Shown one piece after another: positions 13,715 through 27,870 of a DNA stretch of 64,000 nt. The notes under the pieces were generated by a model, which saw only the letters and a list, made by a program, of their open reading frames with translations, searched no databases and was not told the origin of the DNA. Each line of letters begins with the position of its first letter. Within the stretch, counting starts at the first letter, position 1. The stretch lies in NCBI GenBank assembly GCA_964016885.1, contig OZ024747.1, forward strand, positions 56,668,001 through 56,732,000, in the 5' to 3' direction. This DNA is from Eledone cirrhosa (Eukaryota). Position numbers and translations under genes: made by a program.

Positions 13715-14930
13715 CTTAACTTTTCTGAAAACATTGAGATGAAGATTCTTATTTAGATTAGGCACATTTCACCCTTTGCCCCACACATCTCAGAGACCCT
13801 TCAATAAGATATTAGGGTAAAACCCTTCTCTTTCTAACCAAGTAATAAAAATAAATATCAGATTAATCATCATAAAAACTAATAGAGGATCTGTTTATAT
13901 TATATTTTCTTATTTATTGTAGGCTATGTACACCCAGTTTAGAATAGTTAACACAATAACTCTGCCTGTTATCAGAAGCAACTAAAAGGACTGATACAAC
14001 AATGGGCAACTGCTTGTAAAATATTACCTCCAAAAGAACTCGTTGATGAGTATGTTCTGTTACGAGGCCTACAAGGTTTGCTTGGCCTTAAAACTTCTGT
14101 AGTTGTTAAGTATTGTATTTTGAATGTAAGTTGTATATAATTATTAGAACGAACAATTATTGCAGCTGAAATGTAACAGAATAAATATTAAATGAAAAAT
14201 TAATATATTGTGATTTAGATATTAATGAGAAAATAGGCCTTCCAGCACATTCTCTCCCTTGCAAAAGAAATGAAAACAACCAATAAGGATGGAGACTATA
14301 TTTCTTATTTAATATTAATAGAAATTTTTTCATATTTTTCCAGGTTCCAGCAATAAATTAGTGTGTGTGATAGATTCAATGTTCTCTGGAAGTCATCACC
14401 ATCAGATAATTTTGAGAAAAGATGTATCTATGTCACTGTGTATCAGTACTATTGTGTTGTTTTATTGTTTGGACTCTCATGAAACTCTTGGAGACAAGAC
14501 TTGATGGTATTTATACCAACATGTTACAGTCCATTCTCTATCTTTCCTGGAAACAGCATCTGACCAAATAAAGATTGCATGGTAATATTTCTACTATCAT
14601 GGATGTTATTAGAGAGAGGGGTATGGGTTTTACAAGACATTTCTAGAGAACTAAGCAAGAACTCATTAGTGTTATACTTCTATGGACATCATGTTGTAGG
14701 TCATCCTGAAGATTACCTAGAAAAAGCATCAGGCCAAACAAAGACAGTATGGCAATATTTCTTTTGATAGTAATGTCATTAGAGTAAGAAACAAAGGTTT
14801 TGCAAGACACTGCTGAAGGGGTAAACAAGGAATCATTAGTAATATACTTCTATGGACATTACAACATACCTATACACCGGTTCAATGTACAGCAAACATC
14901 TTCATTGACCAGTTCTGCTGACCTCTAAAA

Positions 14931-15095
14931 TAATTGTTTCTACATTAGATACAAGGCCAGCAATGTGAAGGGGGATTGGGGGGGGGGGGGTCAATTAAAT
15001 TGACCTCAGTACATTACTGGTGCTTTATTTTATCGACCCCATAAGGATGAAAGGCAAAGCCAACCTCAATGGGATTTGAACTTGGAATGCTAAGG
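14931..15095 (-). mobile_element. tRNA-derived SINE family B fragment
   Basis: tttattttatcgacccc.taaggatgaaaggcaaag core; second fragment at 15541-15640. Confidence 0.75.
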
Positions 15096-16449
15096 TATAA
15101 AAACCTCTGAAATAATATTTGGGGATAAGTTTGTTGACAGGATTGCATCAAATAAAGCATGCTGAACCAGATATTTGCCTGTGTGTATTAACACAACAGT
15201 TAACGATAACATGAAAGGTCTAAACATCCCAACATCATTTGGACATTCCAATTTTGGATAGGGACAACCATATTTTCATAAGGCTGACTAGACTGAAAAT
15301 TAGGGACTCTATGAATTATTATTCTTTGTTTTTTATAGTGGGTGGGGAGGTTAAGATATAAGTGCAGAGGAGTGAAATATCTGAAAGCCTTGGAGCCCAA
15401 TTATCAGTTAATATAGGACTGTGGCTAGATAACCTTCCTAGCACCAACTAAGTGTACTGAGTGTATTTTAACTAGAGAAGTTATCAGGTTTTTGACAAGA
15501 CTCAAAGGTCCTCACTAATTATATTAATGTTAATTATAATAATTGTTTCTACTTTTGGCACAAGGCCAGCAATTACCCAGTTCATTACTGGTACTTTATT
15601 TTATCGACCCCGTAAGGATGAAAGGCAAAGTTAACCTCGTTAATTATAATAATGATGAAAATGATTGTGTACAGTGCTCAGGTGTACTACAACTCATCAA
15701 AGGTGCATGTATTGTACATAGAATAATGTATTTTATATTACTAATTCTCTGAAGGAAATTCATGAACACCTCATATTTGTGTGTCATTTCACTAACATGA
15801 AATTGATTTTTTTTGTATTTTGTAAAAATCTGCTACTGGAAGAATACACCTTTACTGACTAACACATCAAAGAAATTGTCTAATTAAAAACCCACACTGG
15901 TGAAAGTGGTGGAAGGTGTAAAATAAATTAATGAAAACTAAATCTGAGATAATTGTAGAAAGTGGGGTATTACCAGTTAAAGTGTGGTTATGATAATGAG
16001 GGTGGTGGAGGGTCATTTCAATGAGGTTGGGGACATTATCAGTGAAGGGGGTTGGGTATTGTTAGTAAGCCCAATTCCCCCACATTTGTGAAGGTGGGGA
16101 TAAGTTGTAAAATATATGGCTGAAAAATAAAACCGAGTTAACTGGAGAAGAGTGGAAGGTTGTTTTTCTTTTTTCAGTAAAGGTGGGGTGTAGTGAGTGA
16201 AGGTGGTGGTGTACATTGTGAAATAAATGAATAAAACATTATATGAAGGACCAAAGTTAAATACTTGGTGCTAGAGCTGTTCACTGCTTATGTCCCTTAC
16301 TGTCATTGTCATTGCTTAGTCAACATTATCATCATCATCATCACACCAACTCACCCACTAATTTCACCATTCAGTTTTCAGTTCTTATAGGCTGTGACTC
16401 ATACTGAGAGAGATGTTAGGATATTAGGGACATAATCTCATCATTCATT

Positions 16450-16491
16450 ATATATATATGTGTGTGTGTGTGCATGTGTGCGTGTGTGTGC

Positions 16492-16524
<33 letters not shown>

Positions 16525-16589
16525 CATGTGTGCGTGTGTGTGCATATGTATATATGTGTGTGTGTGTGTGCATGTGTGCGTGTGTGTGC

Positions 16590-16624
<35 letters not shown>

Positions 16625-16695
16625 CATGTGTGCGTGTGTGTGCATATATATATATACATATGTGTGTGTGTGTGTGCATGCGTGCGTGTGTCTGC

Positions 16696-16754
<59 letters not shown>

Positions 16755-16835
16755 AATCATCATTTTCATGTAAAAATACAGATTGATACATGCACATATA
16801 ATATATGTATGTACACAATTATATAATATATGTAT

Positions 16836-16901
<66 letters not shown>

Positions 16902-17386
16902 GTGCGTGTGTGTAGGTTATATATATGTTTGTATATGTGTGTATACATACAGATAGACACATACATACACATACATGCACATACAAAAAGACAGACAGAA
17001 ATATGTAAATATGCAGGAATGTATAAAAAAGATATGTCTCAGGAAGACACATGTTTAGTAATTTGATTGCTAGTCTGTCTGTCTGTCTGTCTGTATGTCT
17101 ATTTGTCTGTCCACCTTGTGCCTGTACCTCTCTATCTACCTCTCTCCTCCTATCTCTATGTCTCTCTCTATCTCTCACATTCCCTGTAGATTGGCTGTGA
17201 TTTTGACACTGAAGGTATTATACATACTGTAGGGCTCTACCAGAAGGTTGACAGCTTAAAGATATGCAATATGTGTATATATGTGTATATATGTGTATAT
17301 ATGTGTCTATGCATGTGTGTACATGCATGTATATTCGTATAATTATTTTTGCCTCAATTTATTCTTATATACACACACACACACAA

Positions 17387-17460
<74 letters not shown>
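16450..17460. repeat. Compound (TG)n-CA-(TA)n minisatellite and microsatellites
   Basis: Unit tgtgtgcatgtgtgcgtgtgtgtgca(TA)n repeated about five times, then (CA)n/(TA)n. Confidence 0.85.
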
Positions 17461-17467
<7 letters not shown>

Positions 17468-17656
17468 CAAATATATATTTGTTGGTCTGATGTGTAAGAT
17501 TTGATTTTTTTTTTTTTTTTTTTTTCAGAAATGTATATGTGGTGGAAGGTGTAAAATAAATTAATATATATATATATATATACACACATATTTTCATACC
17601 TGTATATGAATAAATTGAGACAGATATCAATATATGATCATATATACTTATACAAC

Positions 17657-17731
<75 letters not shown>

Positions 17732-17733
<2 letters not shown>

Positions 17734-18040
17734 AGGCTTAGTGGCCTTGCAATCAAAAGGTTGTGAGTTCAATTCTCAGACCGGGTGATCTGTTGTTTCC
17801 CTGTGCAAGACACTTTATTTCACATTGCTTCAGTTTACTCAGCTGTAGACTGGGGTCCCTATCATTCCACTGCAAAGTGGTCATGGAGGTGCCACGGCAA
17901 AAAAGCACCCAGCACTCACTGTAAATGAGGTTGGTGTTAGGAAGGGGATCCAGCTGGAGAAATCAAGCCAGAATAAGTTCCCGTCCCACTCTTGCAAGCA
18001 GGGAAAAGTGGACGTAAAAATGAAATGATGATAATGATGA
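17732..18040 (+). mobile_element. SINE family A with RTE-derived tail
   Basis: B box gagttcaattc, CORE-like body, ggttggtgttaggaaggg tail ending in (GAT)n; an inverted head copy lies at 18246-18407. Confidence 0.85.
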
Positions 18041-18525
18041 TATATATATATATATTGAGAAGATAGAGAATATCTTGTATGATAAACAATGTTATCTCTG
18101 ATTGAGACAAAGCGAGAGTATATTTAAATTCATAGAAAATTGAGAAATCCCATCGCTAGTGTGTGTGGGACAGCTCACACACTAGCGATGGGATTAGCTG
18201 GCCTCCTCCGAGGTATATCTCGTTGGAGGTGTCTTGGGTGTTTTGATGATAGGGACCCCAGTCCTATCATCTCATTTCTACAGCTGAGTAAACTGGAGCA
18301 ACGTGAAATAAAGTGTCTTGCTCAAGGAAACAAAACATCACCTAGTTCGAGAATTGAACTCACAAACTTTCGATTTCAATCCCAATGCTCTAACCACTAA
18401 GCCATATGAGTTTGAATTATTTTTCCCACATCTTACGTTAACTATTTTTCCCATTTTGACGCTATAGTCACTTATATACTATGGAGTGCTGTTGGCTTTA
18501 CGCTGCAGTGTTTTCTATACCTTTC

Positions 18526-18569
<44 letters not shown>

Positions 18570-18629
18570 ATACGTATGTATGATCATATATTGATATCTG
18601 TCTCAATGTATTAATATACAAGTATGAAA

Positions 18630-18762
<133 letters not shown>

Positions 18763-19350
18763 TATTTTGCACCTTCCACCACATATACATTTCTGAAAAA
18801 AAAACAAACAAAAAAATCAAACCTCACACATCACACCAACAAACATATATTTGCTAATATATGTTAATATCAGTATATATACATATATATATATATATCC
18901 TCACACACACACATATACACACACATATATACACGCACATGTATATATATATATGTATATACTTATGATGATATATATATGGTTAAAAAGTGATGAGAAA
19001 CAAAGTAAGGGCTACAGAAAAATATACAATGGAAAAATGAACCTCTGGAAATCTCTATAGTTTTGGTATATTAAGGTTGATACTATTCATTCCAGTGCAC
19101 ATTGCAACACTACAAAACAGGGAGAGACAGGACAAATTAGTGTTTGAGGTGATAGTCTTGTCTTGTTGGGAACATATTTCAACATAATGATGAATTAATT
19201 ATAACAATAACAGCAACAATTAAAATGACAGTAATTATAATATTGACTTTTTTTTATTAACTACAAGTGTTTGTAGAAAGATTGATGGATGACAGTGCAG
19301 GAGCAGACAGTATGGGCATACATGGAACATGTTTCAAAAACGGAGTTAGT

Positions 19351-19562
19351 GGTTTCTGATTTAGACAGAAGGCCAAAGATCTGCGGGCGTTCATGTTGAT
19401 TAAATTGGTCCTAGTTCATTACTGGTACTTTATTCTATTGAACCTATAAGAACGAAAGGCAAAGCTGACCTCGGTGGGATTTGAAATCAGAATGTAAAAG
19501 GCTGTAAGTCTATGCCGTAAAGCATGTTGACCAATGTTCTACTGATACTGCCAATCCACCAT
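19351..19562 (-). mobile_element. SINE family B
   Basis: Minus strand ggtggattggcagtatcag A box and conserved core. Confidence 0.75.
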
Positions 19563-19614
19563 CCTATAAAAAGTGTCGTTGTTGGAGGGAGCAGTGTTGT
19601 TACTGTTATTGTTG

Positions 19615-22600
19615 CTGATTAGTGGTGGTGGTGGTGGTGGTGGTAGAGGTTAGGTTGTTATTGGTGGTGATGATGGTGGTGGTGGTGGTAGAGGTTAGGT
19701 TGTTATTGGTGGTGGTGGTGGTGGTGGTAGTGGTGGTGGTAGAGGTTAGGTTGTTATTGGTGGTGGTGGTAGAGGTTAGGTTGTTAACGGTGGTGATGAT
19801 GGTGGTGGTGGTGGTAGAGGTTAGGTTGTTATTGGTGGTGATGGTGGTGGTGGTAGTAGTGGTGGTGGTAGAGGTTAGGTTGTTATTGGTGGTGGTGGTG
19901 GTGGTAGAGGTTAGGTTGTTATCGGTGGTGGTGGTGGTGGTGGTGGTGGTGGTGGTGGTGGTGGTGGTGGTGGTGGTGGTGGTGGTGGTGGTAGAGGTTA
20001 GGTTGTTATTGGTGGTGATGGTGGTGGTGGTAGTAGTGGTGGTGGTAGAGGTTAGGTTGTTATTGGTGGTGGTGGTGGTGGTGGTAGAGGTTAGGTTGTT
20101 ATTGGTGGTGATGGTGGTGGTGGTAGTAGTGGTGGTGGTAGAGGTTAGGTTGTTATTGGTGGTGGTGGTGGTGGTGGTGGTGGTGGTAGAGGTTAGGTTG
20201 TTATTGGTGGTGGTGGTGGTGGTGGTGGTGGTGGTAGAGGTTAGGTTGTTATCGGTGGTGGTGGTGGTGGTGGTGGTGGTGGTGGTGGTGGTGGTAGAGG
20301 TTAGGTTGTTATTGGTGGTGATGGTGGTGGTGGTAGTAGTGGTGGTGGTAGAGGTTAGGTTGTTATTGGTGGTGGTGGTGGTGGTGGTGGTGGTAGAGGT
20401 TAGGTTGTTATTGGTGGTGATGATGGTGGTGGTGGTGGTAGAGGTTAGGTTGTTATTGGTGGTGGTGGTGGTGGTGGTGGTAGAGGTTAGGTTGTTATTG
20501 GTGGTGGTGGTGGTGGTGGTAGAGGTTAGGTTGTTATTGGTGGTGGTGGTGGTGGTGGTAGAGGTTAGGTTGTTATTGGTGGTGATGATGGTGGTGGTGG
20601 TGGTAGAGGTTAGGTTGTTATTGGTGGTGGTGGTGGTGGTGGTAGAGGTTAGGTTGTTATTGGTGGTGATGATGGTGGTGGTGGTGGTGGTAGAGGTTAG
20701 GTTGTTATTGGTGGTGGTGGTGGTGGTAGAGGTTAGGTTGTTATTGGTGGTGATGATGGTGGTGGTGGTGGTGGTAGAGGTTAGGTTGTTATTGGTGGTG
20801 GTGGTGGTGGTGGTGGTAGAGGTTAGGTTGTTATTGGTGGTGGTGGTGGTGGTGGTGGTAGAGGTTAGGTTGTTATTGGTGGTGGTGGTGGTGGTGGTAG
20901 AGGTTAGGTTGTTATTGGTGGTGGTGGTGGTGGTAGAGGTTAGGTTGTTATTGGTGGTGGTGGTGGTGGTGGTGGTAGAGGTTAGGTTGTTATTGGTGGT
21001 GGTGGTGGTGGTGGTGGTAGAGGTTAGGTTGTTATTGGTGGTGGTGGTGGTGGTGGTAGAGGTTAGGTTGTTATTGGTGGTGGTGGTGGTGGTGGTGGTA
21101 GAGGTTAGGTTGTTATTGGTGGTGGTGGTGGTGGTAGTGGTGGTGGTAGAGGTTAGGTTGTTATTGGTGGTGGTGGTGGTGGTGGTGGTGGTGGTAGAGG
21201 TTAGGTTGTTATTGGTGGTGGTGGTGGTGGTGGTGGTAGAGGTTAGGTTGTTATTGGTGGTGGTGGTGGTGGTGGTGGTAGAGGTTAGGTTGTTATTGGT
21301 GGTGGTGGTGGTGGTGGTGGTAGAGGTTAGGTTGTTATTGGTGGTGGTGGTGGTGGTGGTAGAGGTTAGGTTGTTATTGGTGGTGGTGGTGGTGGTGGTA
21401 GAGGTTAGGTTGTTATTGGTGGTGGCGGTGGTGGTGGTAGAGGTTAGGTTGTTATTGGTGGTGGTGGTGGTGGTGGTGGTGGTGGTGGTGGTGGTAGAGG
21501 TTAGGTTGTTATTGGTGGTGGTGGTGGTGGTGGTAGAGGTTAGGTTGTTATTGGTGGTGGTGGTGGTGGTGGTAGAGGTTAGGTTGTTATTGGTGGTGAT
21601 GATGGTGGTGGTGGTGGTGGTAGAGGTTAGGTTGTTATTGGTGGTGGTGGTGGTGGTGGTAGAGGTTAGGTTGTTATTGGTGGTGATGATGGTGGTGGTG
21701 GTGGTAGAGGTTAGGTTGTTATTGGTGGTGGTGGTGGTGGTGGTGGTGGTGGTAGAGGTTAGGTTGTTATTGGTGGTGGTGGTGGTGGTGGTGGTGGTAG
21801 AGGTTAGGTTGTTATTGGTGGTGGTGGTGGTGGTGGTGGTAGAGGTTAGGTTGTTATTGGTGGTGATGATGGTGGTGGTGGTGGTGGTGGTGGTGGTGGT
21901 AGAGGTTAGGTTGTTATCGGTGGTGATGATGGTGGTGGTGGTGGTGGTAGAGGTTAGGTTGTTATTGGTGGTGGTGGTGGTGGTGGTGGTGGTGGTGGTA
22001 GAGGTTAGGTTGTTATTGGTGGTGATGATGGTGGTGGTGGTGGTGGTAGAGGTTAGGTTGTTATTGGTGGTGGTGGTGGTGGTGGTGGTGGTGGTGGTGG
22101 TAGAGGTTAGGTTGTTATTGGTGGTGATGATGGTGGTGGTGGTGGTGGTGGTGGTGGTGGTAGAGGTTAGGTTGTTATTGGTGGTGGTGGTGGTGGTGGT
22201 GGTGGTGGTGGTGGTGGTGGTAGAGGTTAGGTTGTTATTGGTGGTGGTGGTGGTGGTGGTAGTGGTGGTGGTAGAGGTTAGGTTGTTATCGGTGGTGATG
22301 ATGGTGGTGGAGGTGGTAGAGGTTAGGTTGTTATTGGTGGTGATGGTGGTGGTGGTGGTGGTGGTAGAGGTTAGGTTGTTATTGGTGGTGGTGGTGGTGG
22401 TGGTGGTGGTGGTGGTAGAGGTTAGGTTGTTATTGGTGGTGGTGGTGGTGGTGGTGGTAGAGGTTAGGTTGTTATTGGTGGTGATGATGGTGGTGGTGGT
22501 GGTGGTAGAGGTTAGGTTGTTATTGGTGGTGGTGGTGGTGGTGGTGGTAGAGGTTAGGTTGTTATTGGTGGTGATGATAGTGGTGGTGGTGGTAGAGGTT

Positions 22601-24425
22601 AGGTTGTTATTGGTGGTGGTGGTGGTGGTGGTGGTGGTGGTGGTAGAGGTTAGGTTGTTATTGGTGGTGGTGGTGGTGGTAGGGGTTAGGTTGTTATTGG
22701 TGGTGGTGGTGGTGGTGGTAGGGGTTAGGTTGTTATTGGTGGTGATGATAGTGGTGGTGGTGGTGGTAGAGGTTAGGTTGTTATTGGTGGTGATGATGGT
22801 GGTGGTAGTGGTGGTGGTAGGGGTTAGGTTGTTATTGGTGGTGATGATGGTGGTGCTGGTGGTAGAGGTTAGGTTGTTATCGGTGGTGGTGGTGGTGGTG
22901 GTAGAGGTTAGGTTGTTATTGGTGGTGATGATGGTGGTGGTAGTGGTGGTGGTAGGGGTTAGGTTGTTATTGGTGGTGATGATGGTGGTGCTGGTGGTAG
23001 AGGTTAGGTTGTTATCGGTGGTGGTGGTGGTGGTGGTGGTGGTGGTGGTAGAGGTTAGGTTGTTATCGGTGGTGGTGGTGGTGGTGGTAGAGGTTAGGTT
23101 GTTATTGGTGGTGATGATGGTGGTGGTAGTGGTGGTGGTAGGGGTTAGGTTGTTATTGGTGGTGATGATGGTGGTGCTGGTGGTAGAGGTTAGGTTGTTA
23201 TCGGTGGTGGTGGTGGTGGTGGTGGTGGTGGTGGTAGAGGTTAGGTTGTTATTGGTGGTGGTGGTGGTGGTGGTGGTGGTGGTGGTGGTGGTAGAGGTTA
23301 GGTTGTTATTGGTGGTGATGATGGTGGTGGTGGTGGTGGTGGTGGTGGTGGTAGAGGTTAGGTTGTTATTGGTGGTGGTGGTGGTGGTGGTGGTGGTGGT
23401 GGTGGTGGTAGAGGTTAGGTTGTTATTGGTGGTGGTGGTGGTGGTGGTAGTGGTGGTGGTAGAGGTTAGGTTGTTATCGGTGGTGATGATGGTGGTGGAG
23501 GTGGTAGAGGTTAGGTTGTTATTGGTGGTGATGGTGGTGGTGGTGGTGGTGGTAGAGGTTAGGTTGTTATTGGTGGTGGTGGTGGTGGTGGTGGTAGAGG
23601 TTAGGTTGTTATTGGTGGTGATGATGGTGGTGGTGGTGGTGGTAGAGGTTAGGTTGTTATTGGTGGTGGTGGTGGTGGTGGTAGGGGTTAGGTTGTTATT
23701 GGTGGTGGTGGTGGTGGTGGTAGGGGTTAGGTTGTTATTGGTGGTGATGATAGTGGTGGTGGTGGTGGTAGAGGTTAGGTTGTTATTGGTGGTGATGATG
23801 GTGGTGGTAGTGGTGGTGGTAGGGGTTAGGTTGTTATTGGTGGTGGTGGTGGTGGTGGTGGTGGTGGTGGTAGAGGTTAGGTTGTTATTGGTGGTGGTGG
23901 TGGTGGTGGTGGTAGAGGTTAGGTTGTTATTGGTGGTGATGATAGTGGTGGTGGTGGTAGAGGTTAGGTTGTTATTGGTGGTGGTGGTGGTGGTGGTGGT
24001 GGTGGTGGTAGAGGTTAGGTTGTTATTGGTGGTGGTGGTGGTGGTGGTAGGGGTTAGGTTGTTATTGGTGGTGGTGGTGGTGGTGGTAGGGGTTAGGTTG
24101 TTATTGGTGGTGATGATAGTGGTGGTGGTGGTGGTAGAGGTTAGGTTGTTATTGGTGGTGATGATGGTGGTGGTAGTGGTGGTGGTAGGGGTTAGGTTGT
24201 TATTGGTGGTGATGATGGTGGTGCTGGTGGTAGAGGTTAGGTTGTTATCGGTGGTGGTGGTGGTGGTGGTAGAGGTTAGGTTGTTATTGGTGGTGATGAT
24301 GGTGGTGGTAGTGGTGGTGGTAGGGGTTAGGTTGTTATTGGTGGTGATGATGGTGGTGCTGGTGGTAGAGGTTAGGTTGTTATCGGTGGTGGTGGTGGTG
24401 GTGGTGGTAGTGGTGGTGTTGGTAG
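19615..24425. repeat. 4.8-kb compound satellite [(GGT)n-AGAGGTTAGGTTGTTATT]
   Basis: About 100 units of constant linker plus variable GGT run; open frames on both strands. Confidence 0.95.
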
Positions 24426-24474
24426 ATATAATATAGATAGTATTGCTTTGGAATTGATTGTCATTATTAATCAT

Positions 24475-24770
24475 ATTGATGATGATGATGATGATGAAAA
24501 GGTGGTGGTGCAGGTGATAAAGATGATAATGGCTGTGGTGGTGGTGGTGGTGGTGGTGGTGGTGGTATTGGTGATAATGACGATGATTATGATGATGATG
24601 ATGATATGATGATGATGATGATTGTGATGATGATTGTGATGATGATGATGATGATGACAGTGTGATGATGATGAAGCAGTTGATCACAGTTGTGCTGATG
24701 ATGATGATGATGATGATGATGATGTGGATAATCATCATGTTGTAGTTGTTGTTAATGTTATTTGTTGCTG
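24475..24770. repeat. (GAT)n/(GGT)n degenerate microsatellite
   Basis: Direct reading. Confidence 0.9.
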
Positions 24771-24947
24771 ACAAAAGACTAGACTCGTGTCAGTTTTTTT
24801 GATCGATGATGGCATGGATGGAACCAATAAAACATTTAATTAAATCATTTATAACATGTCTATAGACTCTCTTAGTTGACTTATTGCAACTTTACTATAC
24901 ATCTATATATACACATACATGTATCTATATACATGTATATATACATA

Positions 24948-24982
<35 letters not shown>

Positions 24983-25039
24983 TCACCCACATGTGCACTT
25001 ATATATAAGTATCTATGTATATATGTGTATAAACATAAA

Positions 25040-25083
<44 letters not shown>

Positions 25084-26151
25084 CACATTCACATACATAT
25101 ATATTTATCATCATTACCATTAATGTCTTAATTTTTCACGTTCCTTTTTCATGCTTGCATAGATTAGACAAGACTTTTGGAAGCATTTTACTATGGTTAT
25201 ATGCTCTTCCTGATGCCTGCTTTGATTTGTTTCAGAGTCAAAGAACTGCCAAGGTTAGTGTATCAGAGACAACTGGATGCAGGGGCTGTCATGTGAGTTA
25301 ATATTGTTAGTAATGCTCAAATTCTTACCCCTTTCATGTCAATATTTCCCATGAAATACACTGTATTTCAATTAATTAAAAAGATTAATTAAAAAGATTA
25401 TGAGGAACCTACTAAAATTATCATTTTGTTATAAAGTTAGTAATGTAACATATCGTTCTTATATGTGTTCATGATGGAAGTTGTTTCATTTAAATAGAAA
25501 CCCTTTTAAATAAGTGGTTTTGTTTCATCGAACTAGAGCTGGTTTTAACCATGTTATTATCAAAAGGTTTAATGTTCCCACCCATTTGTTGGATTTATAC
25601 TGTCGGATTTCGAATAATCACCCCAGATTTTTTCCAGTCCCCTTCCTCTCATTTTGTCCCACCACTTATTAAATTTTTCTAATCTATCTCCAGCAACCTT
25701 TTTCTTTATACATTAAAAGACATTACACATGACAAAAAATAATACATTACTAGAAATCCCATATGTTATAAAATAATTAGGATGGGTTGGAGTTAGAATA
25801 TGTAAACTAAACGACTAATTCTGTCTTTTAAAAAGATCAATGGAGACAACCTAAAAAAATTATCAATTTTCCAACTACCCCTACTTATTCCAACTTCTCT
25901 GCTTAACGTCCCCCCCTCCCTCCCCTCCACTTACTCCAACTTCCTTGTTTATTCCAGCTCCCTCGCTTATTCCACCATCCTACTTCGGCCCATTTATTCC
26001 ACTCCCCATTATAGTGCGGTGAAAGAGAAGTGCTAGAGAACAGCCCAAAATGCTGGAAATCTAGGGGCCCAGCCACTTGTTAATATGAATGGCCCAGATT
26101 AATTGCTGACATCCCATTCAAGAAACAAGTTGTACAAATTTAAATATTTAC

Positions 26152-26241
26152 CTGTAACGGATATTCTTCATCTTGTGATTCTTTCATGTAAGATAAAGTT
26201 ACTAAAACTGCTTCCCTAAGAATATAATCTATTTTCTCTTG
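26152..26241 (-). CDS. Candidate internal coding exon, unknown gene
   Basis: ttttag|...cag|gtaaat; 90 nt, phase 0/0, QEKIDYILREAVLVTLSYMKESQDEEYPLQ; no recognised homology. Confidence 0.3.
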
Positions 26242-26654
26242 CTAAAACTGCTTTATCTCTTAGAGGTAAATGGGGATGTCACTACATAATCATTTAGCCT
26301 GCTAGAAATAATAGCCAAATCTCCCTCAAATCATATTCTACCTTTTTGAATAAGGAAAATGACATATTAGAGGGAGTATATTAAGATAAATTGAGTGATA
26401 ACAGCTCTGATACTATGGGCATGTGGTTAGAGTGTCTCAGGAAAGAATCGCTGGACAGATTTTACTGGTAAAATCAACCAGTAGGAGACCCAGGTGTAGA
26501 CCCTGAGTAAGATGGTTGGATAACATCCATGAGCTTGGGTGGTCTTGCTTGGGGATCCAGCTGGATCAGTTGAAGATGGTTGCTTTTGAGAGGACCTGCT
26601 GGAGGGAGTGTTTGAGGACTCTTCCCCCATGACACTCTCAGGAATAAGTGGACA

Positions 26655-26746
26655 AAGAAGAAGAAGAAGAAGAAGAAGAAGAAGAAGAAGAAGAAGAAGA
26701 AGAAGAAGAAGAAGAAGAAGAAGAAGAAGAAGAAGAAGAAGAAGAA
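26655..26746. repeat. Pure (GAA)n, about 30 units
   Basis: Direct reading. Confidence 0.95.
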
Positions 26747-27154
26747 GGGAGTTTTGATGATGAGTGTTCCAGTTATGAAATTATGCAAGTGGTTGATTCA
26801 TTTCACTGAGACATAAACCCAAAGCATAATTTTCTTTAAGAATTGGTGTGACACACTATGTGACAAGACTGACCTTTATAAAGACTGATACAGCCAATCT
26901 GACAGGTTTTCAAACACTTTCTGTCAACCAAACTCCATTAGGTCAACCTAAGGCTATGGCAAATGACACTTGCTCAAGATCCCACATAATGGGATTGAAA
27001 CTTAAACTGTGTAGCTATTGAGCCCTGCTGTATCTACATGTATAGTGTAGTCTTAGATATACTCCATAAAGGATGTGATGGTCACAGCTGGAATGTCTTA
27101 CATTATAAAATTGGTTTGCTTAATCAAGAAGAGTAAAGAACAACAAATATAACA

Positions 27155-27870
27155 ATGAGAGAGTGGTGAGAGAAGGAGCAGTGAGAGTGAGAGAGTGAGA
27201 GTGAGAGAGAGAGAGTGAGAGAGAATGAACAGTGAGAAAGACAGGGAGAGAGAAAGAAAGTGAGAGAGGAGCAGAGAGAAAGATAGTGAGAGAGAAAGAG
27301 GGTGAGAGAAGGTGCAGTAAGAGTGAGTGAGCGTGAGAGTGAGAGTAAGAGGGAATGAGCAGATAGAAAGAAAGTGAAAGAGAAGGGGTGAGAGAGAAAA
27401 GGAGAGTCAGAGCGAAAGAGAGTCAGAGACAAGGCAAATGAGAGAAGAGTGTGAAAGAAGGGAGTGAGAGAGAAGAAGAGTTAGAGAGAAGGGAGTGAGA
27501 GAGAGGGAGAGTTAGGGAGAACGGAGTGAGAAAGAAGGAGAGTTAGAGAGAAAGGAGTGAGAGAGAGGGAGAGTTAGGGAGAACGGAGTGAGAAAGAAGG
27601 AGAGTTAGAGAGAAAGGAGTGAGAGAGAGAGAGAGTTAGAGAGAAGGGAGTGAGAGAGAGGGAGAGTTAGGGAGAACGGAGTGAGAAAGAAGGAGAGTTA
27701 GAGAGAAGGGAGTGAGAGAGAGGGAGAGTTAGGGAGAACGGAGTGAGAAAGCAGGAGAGTTAGAGAGAGGGAGGGAGAGTTAATGAGAAGGGAGTGAGAA
27801 AGTAGAGAGAAAAAGGAGAGTGAGACAGACAGTGAGAGACAAGGAGAGTGAGAGAGACAATAAGAGAGAA
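27155..27870. repeat. GA-rich minisatellite (~62-bp unit with gagttagggagaacggagtgagaaagaagga)
   Basis: Repeated unit 27480-27790. Confidence 0.85.

Noticed and set aside
19277-19345. Possible small exon (ERLMDDSAGADSMGIHGTCFKNG)
   Set aside because: Weak donor, ambiguous frame, abuts a SINE; not enough support.
19615-24425. Telomeric or CRISPR interpretation of the constant TTAGG-containing linker
   Set aside because: TTAGG is not tandem and the intervening sequences are only GGT runs.
25775-26040. Possible Tc1/pogo-type MITE with ttattcca subterminal repeats
   Set aside because: No clear TIR pair or TA duplication could be defined.
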